Below are positions 1 to 7,798 of a DNA stretch of 64,000 nt, in pieces (position 1 is the stretch's first letter; each line of letters starts with the position of its first letter). The notes under the pieces are model-generated. The model had not been told where the DNA came from. It did not search any database and saw only the letters and a program-made list of their open reading frames with translations. Position numbers and translations under genes: made by a program. Origin of the DNA: Candidatus Binatia bacterium (GTDB taxonomy: Bacteria; Desulfobacterota; Binatia; HRBIN30); contig JBEKBJ010000009.1 of NCBI GenBank assembly GCA_050015455.1, positions 8,508-72,507 on the forward strand, written 5' to 3'.

Positions 1-5
1 GTCTC

Positions 6-2942
6 TTGCGTTTGACGGACGCGAATACGCTCAAAGATGGTGCGCGAAACGGCATTGCGGAACTCCGAACCCATCTTCGAGAACTTCGGGATCTGATGCT
101 TTCGAACTCCTCGCAGGCGCAACGTAATAGTGACCCAACCCCTGTCAGCACCGGGGTGGATCTGGCTGGGTTGGGGAACCGCTTCCTCGGGCTGCTCGGT
201 CGCAAGTGGTCGCGCCGCGCCTTCGCTGCGGAAATGGCCAAACTGCTGGCCGTGGCCGCTGGGGCGAAAGCCGCCGCAGTTTTGGCATACGAGCGGCGAA
301 GCGGGTCTCTGGTGCTCCTCGCTGATCATCGGCTCTCGGACGAGGCGCGGGCTGCGCTCGGCAGCGGCGCCGAGGGGGCCTGGGACATTCCGCTTCGAGG
401 GCTGCAGAACCGGCGCATAAGCGTCATCGAGGCGGCACACCACAATCCCTTTGTCCCTCGAGCGCTGCGCCAGTTATGTCCGACGGGGCTCTGTATCGTT
501 TCCTTGCCGGTCTATTACGATTACGACCCAGTCGGCGTCGTCCTGCTGTTTGCGGCCCGCAGCCGCGCATTTGCCGACGGGCAAGTGCAAACGCTGAGTC
601 AGGCCCTGCGCGTGTGTGGCCGCGGTCTGCGTGAGCGCGAGAGCCCGATCGCCCGAATCTCAACCGCAACCGTTGCACCAGCCGTCAGCCCCGCCGAGGC
701 GGCCGCTGAAGCCGCACACCGGGAGGAGCCGACGCTGAGGCTTCTCGGTGGCGGGCAGGTCGAACCGATTCAAGAGAGCCAGCCGGAAGCCGCCGTCACC
801 GAAGCCCAACGTGTGCAGCAGGAACTCGGCCGGGCACAAGCTGAGATGCAGCGCCGCAGCGAAGCGGTGCGCAGCGTCGCAACGGCTACGCGCCTCCTCA
901 GGACCGAGCGTGACCGTCTGGCTCAGCAACTGACGGAGTTGGAGTACCTGCGCAAGAGCGAAAGCGACGAGCTGCGCGCTCAAATAGGCGCCTTGGAAGA
1001 GCGGCTGCTCGCGGCGGAATCGGAGCGGCTGCGCTATCAGCGCGCCGCCGAGGCGAAGCACCAGCGCACCGAAGAGTCCATCCAGGCGCTGCAGGCAGAG
1101 CGTGACGCCTTGTTGGAACGGCTGCGCGCGGCCGAATCGAGTGGTTCCGAGGTGCAGACGGTACTCAATGCGGCACGCCAAGAGCGCGACCAGCTGGCGG
1201 CGCAGATGCAAGCGGAGCTGCAGGAGGCCGCCGCCACGGCCGCGCAGCTCCGTCAACAGCTGCAGGATAGGGCCGCGGCACTCACAACGAGTGATGAACA
1301 GCTGGCCGCTCTCAGGGCTCAGCTGGAGCGAGCGGGCATCGAACGCCAGCAAGCCGAGCGCGTCTTCGAGGATGGGCTCGCGTCGGCGCGCGCGGACCTC
1401 GAGCGGCTGACGGAGGATACCTCGGGGCTCCGAGCCCAGCTCACGCAACGCGACGCTGATTTGGCGCGCCTGCGCGACGATAGTGAACGGGCACAGCAGG
1501 CGCAGAGCGCCCTACACCAAAGTACCGGCGCGTTGCGGGCAGACGTGGTCAAGCTGACGGCTCAGCTCGAGCAGGCGGCGACCGCAGCCGCCATGCGAGA
1601 GTCGGAGCTGGGCGCCGCGCTGGCCCAGGCGCGAGCCGAAGCCGAGACCTTGCGCCGGGCGAGCGCCGATCGGGAAATCCTCGCACGCACAGCGACCGAC
1701 CTCGGCGACAAAGCGGCAAGCCTGGAGCAGATGGTCGCCAGCCTGCGCGAGCAGGTCGCCCTCGCGCACGCCGAAGGCGCACGTGGCGACCAGCAAGCGG
1801 CGGACCTGCGTGCGCAGCTCGCAGCCGCGCAGCACACCTACGAGCAGGCTCGTGCCGATGCCGAACGTGAACGAACGGAACTCCAAGCCGCAGCCCAGGC
1901 AGCGGAAGCCGCGGGGCGAACCGCAACGGCCGAGACCGATGAGCTTCGCCACACCGTGCATGATGCCCTGCAGCGCCTTGAAGAGGAACGGCTGAAGCAC
2001 GCCGCCGAAATCGAAGCTCTGCTCGAAGAGTCGGCGCTGCCGCTCTCTGGCGCAACCACCGAGGCCCCAACGGCAACGCCAGAGGAGGTGCAGGGTGGCG
2101 ATGGGATTGAGATGCCGGAGGGACCGTTGGTCATCGAGCGCTCGGCGCCGCTCGCGGCTGCGGCCGATACACTAGCCGAGGCTGCCGAGAGTCCAGAGCC
2201 GCTCATGGAATACCAGCCAAGAGCCGCATCCGTCGACGAGTTGGTCCTGCTCGACCAAGGGGCGACCGCCGAGCAGGCGTGCGCGGCGCTTGCGGACGCT
2301 GGTTTCCAAGTGACACTATTCCCGTTCGGAGAGACTACGGTAGACGAGCTGGCGCGACGGAAGCTGAAATGCATCATGCTGAACTTGGCTGCCGGCGCAG
2401 CCGCGTGGCGGACGCTGAAGCTGCTGCGCGAGCGCGTCGGCACGCGTAACGTGCCGGTCTTGGTATACGTCATGGCGCCCGATGTCCCGACCGGCTTCTG
2501 CTTCGGGCGGACGGATTTTGCGCTGTGGCCGCTCGAACCCGGTCGCATGATCGAGCACCTCGGCCGGTTGCGTCCGAAATTGCACCGTTTGCTCGCTGTC
2601 ACCTCGGACGTCGACGGCATGAGCCAACTGCGAGAAGCGCTGGCGCGGGCCAAGATCTCGACATCGATCGTGCTCGACGCCAAGCAAGTCATGGATTTCG
2701 CGACGATGATAGACCCGGAAGCGGCTATCCTGCACATCTCCCCGAGCTGTCCGTCCGCCGCTCGCGCCCTGCAGGCTTTGCGTGCCAGTGATTCGACGCG
2801 CGAGCTGCCGTTACTCGTCCTGCTCGACAAGTTCGCGGGGGATGACGAGGCGTTCTTCTCCCAGGCGAGCCAACAGCTGCTGAGCAAGGCGAGGTTTCAG
2901 TTCTCACGGCTGCCGGAAGAGATCGGTCGGTTGATCGGCTGA
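6..2942 (+). CDS. Large coiled-coil protein with an N-terminal GAF-like domain, a ~400-aa coiled-coil core and C-terminal tandem pseudo-receiver (REC-like) domains (FrzS/AglZ-like architecture). The 5' end may extend beyond the window.
   Basis: 978-aa ORF with no stop upstream to position 1. Residues ~90-200 (VLAYERR...LLFAARSRAF) look like a GAF domain. The central ~400 aa are rich in the E/R/A/L/Q heptad pattern typical of coiled coils. The C-terminus has two REC-like folds (LVLLDQG...CIMLNLAAG...PVLVYV and LLAVTSDVDG...PLLVLLDKF) that lack the phospho-accepting Asp. Confidence 0.6.
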   Translation: MRLTDANTLKDGARNGIAELRTHLRELRDLMLSNSSQAQRNSDPTPVSTGVDLAGLGNRFLGLLGRKWSRRAFAAEMAKLLAVAAGAKAAAVLAYERRSGSLVLLADHRLSDEARAALGSGAEGAWDIPLRGLQNRRISVIEAAHHNPFVPRALRQLCPTGLCIVSLPVYYDYDPVGVVLLFAARSRAFADGQVQTLSQALRVCGRGLRERESPIARISTATVAPAVSPAEAAAEAAHREEPTLRLLGGGQVEPIQESQPEAAVTEAQRVQQELGRAQAEMQRRSEAVRSVATATRLLRTERDRLAQQLTELEYLRKSESDELRAQIGALEERLLAAESERLRYQRAAEAKHQRTEESIQALQAERDALLERLRAAESSGSEVQTVLNAARQERDQLAAQMQAELQEAAATAAQLRQQLQDRAAALTTSDEQLAALRAQLERAGIERQQAERVFEDGLASARADLERLTEDTSGLRAQLTQRDADLARLRDDSERAQQAQSALHQSTGALRADVVKLTAQLEQAATAAAMRESELGAALAQARAEAETLRRASADREILARTATDLGDKAASLEQMVASLREQVALAHAEGARGDQQAADLRAQLAAAQHTYEQARADAERERTELQAAAQAAEAAGRTATAETDELRHTVHDALQRLEEERLKHAAEIEALLEESALPLSGATTEAPTATPEEVQGGDGIEMPEGPLVIERSAPLAAAADTLAEAAESPEPLMEYQPRAASVDELVLLDQGATAEQACAALADAGFQVTLFPFGETTVDELARRKLKCIMLNLAAGAAAWRTLKLLRERVGTRNVPVLVYVMAPDVPTGFCFGRTDFALWPLEPGRMIEHLGRLRPKLHRLLAVTSDVDGMSQLREALARAKISTSIVLDAKQVMDFATMIDPEAAILHISPSCPSAARALQALRASDSTRELPLLVLLDKFAGDDEAFFSQASQQLLSKARFQFSRLPEEIGRLIG

Positions 2943-3360
2943 ATCATGGACGACCTCACGCTAGACCTTGCGCCGCCACGCATCGTCCCTGTCGCGAGGT
3001 CACCGGCGGCACCTTGAGTCACCGCCCCTTTGGGACGTTCGGGACTGTTTGGCCGTGAATGCTTGCTGTTGTGATTGCTGGCTCTCTCAAACATTCATAG
3101 GATTGGATACACGTTGACTTTTTCCCTTGTCGATGGCAATTTAACACGCTAGTGTCTCTGCTTTTGGAGGTGAGGTGCAAGGGCAAGGCGGCAGAGGGTG
3201 AATGAAGTCCACTTGCAGTCTGGCGCGGGCGGTACGCGAAGGCGGCGACATGGGGCACGAGGTGGTGCGGATGGTGGGGTATTTTCGGTGGTTGAGGGCT
3301 AGCGAATTGCGTGCGCTGCATCACACGAGGCCGAATCGAGCGTGGACAGAGGAGAAATGT

Positions 3361-6312
3361 ATGGAGTCGCGTGACGCAGAGAACTCTACCAATACGAAAC
3401 AGCAGCTGCTCAGGCGCGCGGGGCGGGGCGAACCCACTCGCGGCCTTGTGCGGGCGGGGCTGATTGCGGCCGGTTGCTTGTATTTTGCATTCCTGGCTGC
3501 ACCGGCGGTGGCAACCGAGCTCGTCAGCGTCAACATCCACGGAGTTTCCGGGGACGGCTCCAGCAGCGGCGTGGCGATGAGCACGAATGGAAACATCGCC
3601 GCGTTTTACTCCGACGCCGACGATCTGGTGCTCGGCGATACGAACCAAGCCCGTGACGTGTTCGTGCGGGACAGCAACGCCGGGACGACCGAACGGGTCA
3701 GCGTCAGTAACTCCGGCGCCCAAGCCAACGGACCAAGCCAGACCCGCGGGCTGGCCCCGGCCATCAGCGGCAACGGCGAGATCGTGGCGTTCTATTCTGA
3801 TGCCAGCAACCTCGTCCCTAACGACAACAACGGCACCACCGACGTGTTCGTTCGCGACCGGCAGGCGGGCACAACCACACTCGTCAGCGTCAATCTGAGC
3901 GGCAAATCCGGAAATCGGCCGAGTCTCTTTCCCAGCATCAGTGCCGACGGCAGCCTTGTCGCCTTTCAATCCGCCGCCTCCGATCTGGTCCCGGGAGACA
4001 CCAATGGAGCAAGCGACATTTTCGTGCGGGACTTACAGGCCGGCAGCACCGTACGGGTCTGCGGGGTCCAGCCAAACTCCTCCAGTCTCAATCCGCAGAT
4101 CAGCGGCAATGGCCGCTTCGTCACCTTCGTCTCTGCGGCCACCAACCTTGACCCCAACGTCACGCCCGGGATCCTCAACATCTTCGTGTGTGATCTGACC
4201 ACGGGTATGGTCAAGTCGGTCAGTGTCAGCAGCGCGGGTGTCCCGGGCAATGGCGACAGCATGACACCCGCCATCAGCTTCGACGGCCGCTTCGTTGCGT
4301 TCAAGTCCGAGTCCAACAACCTGGTGCCGAACGATAACAACGATCTCTTGGATGTGTTCGTGCGCGATACGGTCGCGGGCACGACCGAGCGCGTCAGCGT
4401 GAGTTTAACCGGCGGCGACTCCAACGACGTCTCGTTCCCGCCGGCCATCAGTGATGATGGGCGTTTCGTCGCCTTCGGATCGGCGGCCAGCAACTTGGTG
4501 CGTAACGACGCCAACGGAGCTGCCGACGTGTTTGTCCGCGACCGGCTGGGTGGTGTGACTTTGCTGGTGGACCTCGGTGCCGACGGCCAGCAGGCCAACG
4601 GCGGTATTCCGGACATGCCGCCCGCCATCAGCGGCGACGGGACGCGGATCGGTTTCGCGTCATTCGCAACGAACCTCGTGCCGAATGACCAGAACCAGAT
4701 GTCCGATGTGTTTGCGAATGAGAACCCGTTCTTGTGCGGGACCTGTCCGGAGGGGTTCATGTGCGTCAACGGCTTTTGCTTGCAGCCCACCCCTACGCCG
4801 ACGATGACGTCAAAGACCCCGAGCCAGACCCCGACTCCGACCCCAACGGGCCCGACGTCAACGCCAACCGTAACCGTGACGCCGACCATGACCCCGACCC
4901 CGATTCACTGCATTGGAAACGAGGACTGTTCGTTTGGGCAAGTCTGCGTCGGGGGATTGTGTGTGTTCCCGACGCCGACGCCGACGCCGATCGCCTGCAC
5001 TGACTCGATCACATGTCCGCAAGGTTTGATCTGCCTGAACGGAATCTGTCAGCCGGCGCAATCGCCAACTCCAACCATGACCCCAACGCCCATCCCGACG
5101 TGTTCGACCGATGCCGATTGCGCCAGGACGTGTGACAACTGCCGCGCCACTCAGGACTGCGTCGGCGGCCAGTGCAGCCCGGCCGACCGCTGCGTTGACG
5201 GCGTCTGCGCCCCGACGCGGCTGTGCTCACCGGACAACACGACTGCCTGCATTATCGACCGCGAGACCTGCCTCAACGACACGTGTGTGTGCGGCGGCGA
5301 CTGCAACCAGGATGGGTTTGTCTTCGCCAACGAGATCGCGGAGATGATCTGTATTATGTCGGGTAGCTGTCCGCTGAGCGGCTGTGAAGCGGGAGACCTC
5401 AACCAGGATAATGAGATCGAGGGCAATGAGATCTGCGATGCAGTGACCAATCTCGGCGTTGGTTGTCCGTTGGGCATCCAAAACGGCGCCGCTGTCATGC
5501 CCGCTACAGCCCAGGCGACCCGGACGTTGACGCTGATGGGTCCCCCCAACTCGGTCTTACGTGGTCAGACGATTCCGATCGACGTCAGCCTCAGCGGTGG
5601 CCCGGAGGGGGTCACGGACGTGGCGACGGCACAGTTGGACGTGCTGTTCGACACGACCGTACTCAGCTTCAACGAGTGCACGGTCAATCCGCTGCTGAGT
5701 ACGACCGACGTCTCGTTCACCTTCATGCCGCGCCGGCCAGACACGGCGCCCAACGTGGAGCGCTTGCGGGTGTTCGTCGCGGACTTGGATGTGTGCAATC
5801 CGAACTTCACGCCCAGCAGCCCGGCGATCGGCAACGGGGGACTAGTGACCTGCACGTTCACAGTCAACCCGACGGCGCCGTTTGGACAGTCAGAGGTGGA
5901 GGGCGACCGCACGAACCTCGGCGGTTTTCTCGGAAACGTGATCCCGTCGACCCCAACCACCACGGACATCACTGTCGCCCAGCAGACGTGCACGGCCGAT
6001 ACCGACTGCAATCCGGGCCTCCATTGCCGCGCCGGTGTTTGCACGGGGATCCGTCCCTGCGTCGGTTCTGCCCAGTGTGTGGTCGGCCGGGAGGCATGCG
6101 TGCTAGAAAACGGCACTGGTGTCTGCGAGTGCGGCGGTGACTGCAACCTGGATGGGTTTGTGGAGGGAAACGAGATCCTTACTATGGTCAGTATCTTCGG
6201 TGGAGCTACGCCGCTAGCGAGTTGTCCTGCTGGCGACATCAATGGAGACCTGTATATTGAGGGCAATGAAATTTTGACCGGCGTGTATAATTTCGGCGCG
6301 GGGTGCCCGTAG
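3361..6312 (+). CDS. Secreted multidomain surface 'adaptor' protein: ~10 PD40/TolB-like beta-propeller repeats, Pro/Thr linkers, Cys-rich modules, dockerin-like module 1, cohesin-like domain, Cys-rich module, dockerin-like module 2
   Basis: The track ORF is 3202..6312; I take ATG 3361 as the start because it is preceded by GAGGAG and followed by a signal-peptide-like stretch (LIAAGCLYFAFLAAPAVA). Repeats of the form ISGNGxxVAFxSxASNLVPNDxNGxxDVFVRDxxAGTTxRVSV recur about 10 times and fit the PD40 pattern. PTPTPT linkers are present. There are two Ca-loop pairs of EF-hand/dockerin type (DCNQDGFVFANE and DLNQDNEIEGNE; DCNLDGFVEGNE and DINGDLYIEGNE). A beta-sandwich segment (QTIPIDVSLSGGPEGVTDVATAQLDVLFDTTVLSF) fits a cohesin-like pattern. 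Confidence 0.7.
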   Translation: MESRDAENSTNTKQQLLRRAGRGEPTRGLVRAGLIAAGCLYFAFLAAPAVATELVSVNIHGVSGDGSSSGVAMSTNGNIAAFYSDADDLVLGDTNQARDVFVRDSNAGTTERVSVSNSGAQANGPSQTRGLAPAISGNGEIVAFYSDASNLVPNDNNGTTDVFVRDRQAGTTTLVSVNLSGKSGNRPSLFPSISADGSLVAFQSAASDLVPGDTNGASDIFVRDLQAGSTVRVCGVQPNSSSLNPQISGNGRFVTFVSAATNLDPNVTPGILNIFVCDLTTGMVKSVSVSSAGVPGNGDSMTPAISFDGRFVAFKSESNNLVPNDNNDLLDVFVRDTVAGTTERVSVSLTGGDSNDVSFPPAISDDGRFVAFGSAASNLVRNDANGAADVFVRDRLGGVTLLVDLGADGQQANGGIPDMPPAISGDGTRIGFASFATNLVPNDQNQMSDVFANENPFLCGTCPEGFMCVNGFCLQPTPTPTMTSKTPSQTPTPTPTGPTSTPTVTVTPTMTPTPIHCIGNEDCSFGQVCVGGLCVFPTPTPTPIACTDSITCPQGLICLNGICQPAQSPTPTMTPTPIPTCSTDADCARTCDNCRATQDCVGGQCSPADRCVDGVCAPTRLCSPDNTTACIIDRETCLNDTCVCGGDCNQDGFVFANEIAEMICIMSGSCPLSGCEAGDLNQDNEIEGNEICDAVTNLGVGCPLGIQNGAAVMPATAQATRTLTLMGPPNSVLRGQTIPIDVSLSGGPEGVTDVATAQLDVLFDTTVLSFNECTVNPLLSTTDVSFTFMPRRPDTAPNVERLRVFVADLDVCNPNFTPSSPAIGNGGLVTCTFTVNPTAPFGQSEVEGDRTNLGGFLGNVIPSTPTTTDITVAQQTCTADTDCNPGLHCRAGVCTGIRPCVGSAQCVVGREACVLENGTGVCECGGDCNLDGFVEGNEILTMVSIFGGATPLASCPAGDINGDLYIEGNEILTGVYNFGAGCP
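5284..5469 (+). other. Dockerin-like module 1 of the adaptor protein (two 12-residue Ca-binding loops bracketed by Cys)
   Basis: CVCGGDCNQDGFVFANEIAEMICIMSGSCPLSGCEAGDLNQDNEIEGNEICDAVTNLGVGCP. Both loops have Asp/Asn at positions 1, 3 and 5 and Glu at position 12. Confidence 0.55.
5510..5985 (+). other. Cohesin-like beta-sandwich domain inside the adaptor protein
   Basis: ...LRGQTIPIDVSLSGGPEGVTDVATAQLDVLFDTTVLSFNECTV...LVTCTFTVNP... matches the cohesin pattern (V-P-V-x-L-S-G, then F-x-L-x-F-D-x-x-VL). Assignment is by eye only. Confidence 0.4.
6124..6309 (+). other. Dockerin-like module 2 (C-terminus of the adaptor protein)
   Basis: CECGGDCNLDGFVEGNEILTMVSIFGGATPLASCPAGDINGDLYIEGNEILTGVYNFGAGCP, followed directly by the stop codon. 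Confidence 0.55.
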
Positions 6313-6368
6313 AACGGATGCGTCGGCAAGATGATCAGACGAATTACCACCCCGCTACAGGAGGGAAT

Positions 6369-7595
6369 ATGAGCATGGATAGGGTAGCATTCGCACCAGG
6401 ACCGCACGCGTACGTCTCGATTAGGCCATTCCTTGTCGCGGTGCTCGCACTGGTGATAGGTTCGGTTGCCGGCGAAGCTCAGCAGGTTCCCACTCTGTCG
6501 GTGGGGAATGGAACCGGGGGCTCGGGCGGCAGCGTGCCGATCGTAATCGGCATCAGTGACGTAACCGGACAGAACGTCGGATCCGCCACCGTTGACGTCC
6601 TCTTCGATAATACGAATCTCATCCTCGCGAACCCGGCGCAGGACTGCGTTCCGAGCGTGGGTAGCGATTTCAGCGCGTCGGCAAGCATTGCAACGACCCC
6701 GGCGCCACCGGCGGGAGAAAGTCGGCTGCGCCTTGGCGTATTCAATATCAAATTCGGTTCCACCCAGACGGTTGAGGACGGGCCGCTGTTCACATGCACC
6801 TTTCAGATTTCGCCCGGAGTGACTCCTCCTGCGAGCTTCACGCTGACCCCAGATCCGGATTCGCCCGAGACTCAAGTTGCGCAAATCGGAGGCGCCGTTC
6901 TTTGCAGCGGCCCGCAGACGCCTTGTGATACCACGCCTGGCCAGATCACGGTGGCTGAGGCCACGGTGACGCCAACGCCCGTGACAACGTGCGTCTACCA
7001 GAGTGACTGTCCGGGGCTGATCTGCCAAAGCGGGGTATGCACCGTGGTCCCATGTACCACGACCGCGGACTGCCCGATCGGCATATGCTCCAACAATAAT
7101 GTGTGCACGGGCCAGCCTTGCAACACCAGCGGTGATTGCCCGCCGAGTCAGGTCTGCCTCAACCAGGTGTGTTCGCAGGTGCAGTGCACCAATGGTACCG
7201 GGTGTCCCTCCGACGCGATCTGCCTCGATGGGACTTGTGTTGCAGCCCCCGCACCAACAGCGACCGAGACGCCGACCTTGATACCGACGAGCACTTCGCT
7301 GCCGACGGGCACGCCGACTCCGCTGCCGACGGGCACGCCGACTCCGCTGCCGACGAATACGCCGACTCCGCTGCCGACGAATACGCCGACTCCCACCGCG
7401 TCACAGACCGCGACGGCCACGCCGAGAGCCACCGACACGGCCTCGCCGGTGCCGAGCGCGACGAACACGGGCGTAGTGCCGGCGCCAAGCTCCGCCGATA
7501 ATGATGGGTGCAACATGTCGCAGTCGGGCTCAGGGGGCGCGCTGCTGTGGTTGCTGGTCCCTGCCGCTCTCATGGTGTACCGCCGGCGAAGGTAG
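6369..7595 (+). CDS. Cell-surface 'anchor' protein: signal peptide, cohesin-like domain, Cys-rich mini-modules, Pro/Thr linker and a C-terminal MYXO-CTERM-like sorting signal
   Basis: The track ORF 6303..7595 overlaps the upstream gene by 10 nt. I take ATG 6369 as the start, preceded by CAGGAGGGAAT. The N-terminal region (VPTLSVGNGTGGSGGSVPIVIGISDVTGQNVGSATVDVLFDNTNLIL) fits a cohesin-like pattern. Repeated CxxxxxCPxGxCxxxxC modules follow, then the PTGTPTPL linker. The protein ends DGCNMSQSGSGGALLWLLVPAALMVYRRRR*. Confidence 0.7.
   Translation: MSMDRVAFAPGPHAYVSIRPFLVAVLALVIGSVAGEAQQVPTLSVGNGTGGSGGSVPIVIGISDVTGQNVGSATVDVLFDNTNLILANPAQDCVPSVGSDFSASASIATTPAPPAGESRLRLGVFNIKFGSTQTVEDGPLFTCTFQISPGVTPPASFTLTPDPDSPETQVAQIGGAVLCSGPQTPCDTTPGQITVAEATVTPTPVTTCVYQSDCPGLICQSGVCTVVPCTTTADCPIGICSNNNVCTGQPCNTSGDCPPSQVCLNQVCSQVQCTNGTGCPSDAICLDGTCVAAPAPTATETPTLIPTSTSLPTGTPTPLPTGTPTPLPTNTPTPLPTNTPTPTASQTATATPRATDTASPVPSATNTGVVPAPSSADNDGCNMSQSGSGGALLWLLVPAALMVYRRRR
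6486..6960 (+). other. Cohesin-like domain of the anchor protein
   Basis: Motifs as described for the anchor protein; assigned by eye. Confidence 0.4.
7303..7398 (+). repeat. Four 24-bp tandem repeats encoding the P-T-G/N-T-P-T-P-L linker
   Basis: Four units of gccgacg(g/a)(g/a)(c/t)acgccgactccgct are visible in the sequence. Confidence 0.8.
7488..7595 (+). other. MYXO-CTERM-like C-terminal sorting/anchor signal (GC motif, hydrophobic helix, RRRR, stop)
   Basis: The tail has a conserved Gly-Cys, an ~18-residue hydrophobic stretch (ALLWLLVPAALMVY) and four terminal Arg. From memory this matches the MYXO-CTERM (TIGR03901-type) architecture. Confidence 0.55.
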
Positions 7596-7627
7596 CCCTT
7601 CGGGGAGCAAACAGCGGCTCTGCACAC

Positions 7628-7660
7628 GAGAGGAGGCCTCCGCGCCTCCTCTCGCTTTTG
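7628..7660 (+). terminator. Rho-independent terminator candidate after the surface-protein operon
   Basis: The stem GAGAGGAGG ... CCTCCTCTC has a 7-nt loop and is followed by GCTTTTGGGG. Confidence 0.5.
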
Positions 7661-7798
7661 GGGCACAGCAATGGCGGGGCAGGTTTCTGTGCTCGCCCGG
7701 TGGCGCCGGCAGCAACGCCTGCTGACGCGGTTTTCTTCGGGGCGGCCCTGCGCAGCCCGCTAGCTTGGCGGCGGATTAGTGGGTATGGTGTCGGCGCC

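Noticed and set aside
660-2887. Long minus-strand ORFs (660..1448, 1512..2000, 1549..2076, 1838..2887) inside the coiled-coil gene
   Set aside because: They are antisense to a well-supported 978-aa gene, have Arg/Ala-rich low-complexity translations and no domain signatures. These are typical high-GC shadow ORFs.
3966-7028. Minus-strand ORFs 3966..4889 (307 aa) and 5565..7028 (487 aa) overlapping the surface-protein genes
   Set aside because: They are antisense to genes with strong repeat and domain evidence. Their translations are Pro/Thr/Val-rich mirror images of the PT linkers.
7508-7798. N-terminal 97 codons of the track ORF for the sugar dehydrogenase
   Set aside because: The dinucleotide-binding motif VVGIMGLGYVG must sit near the N-terminus. 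The extension is Ala/Gly/Arg-rich with no homology, so ATG 7799 is the more likely start.
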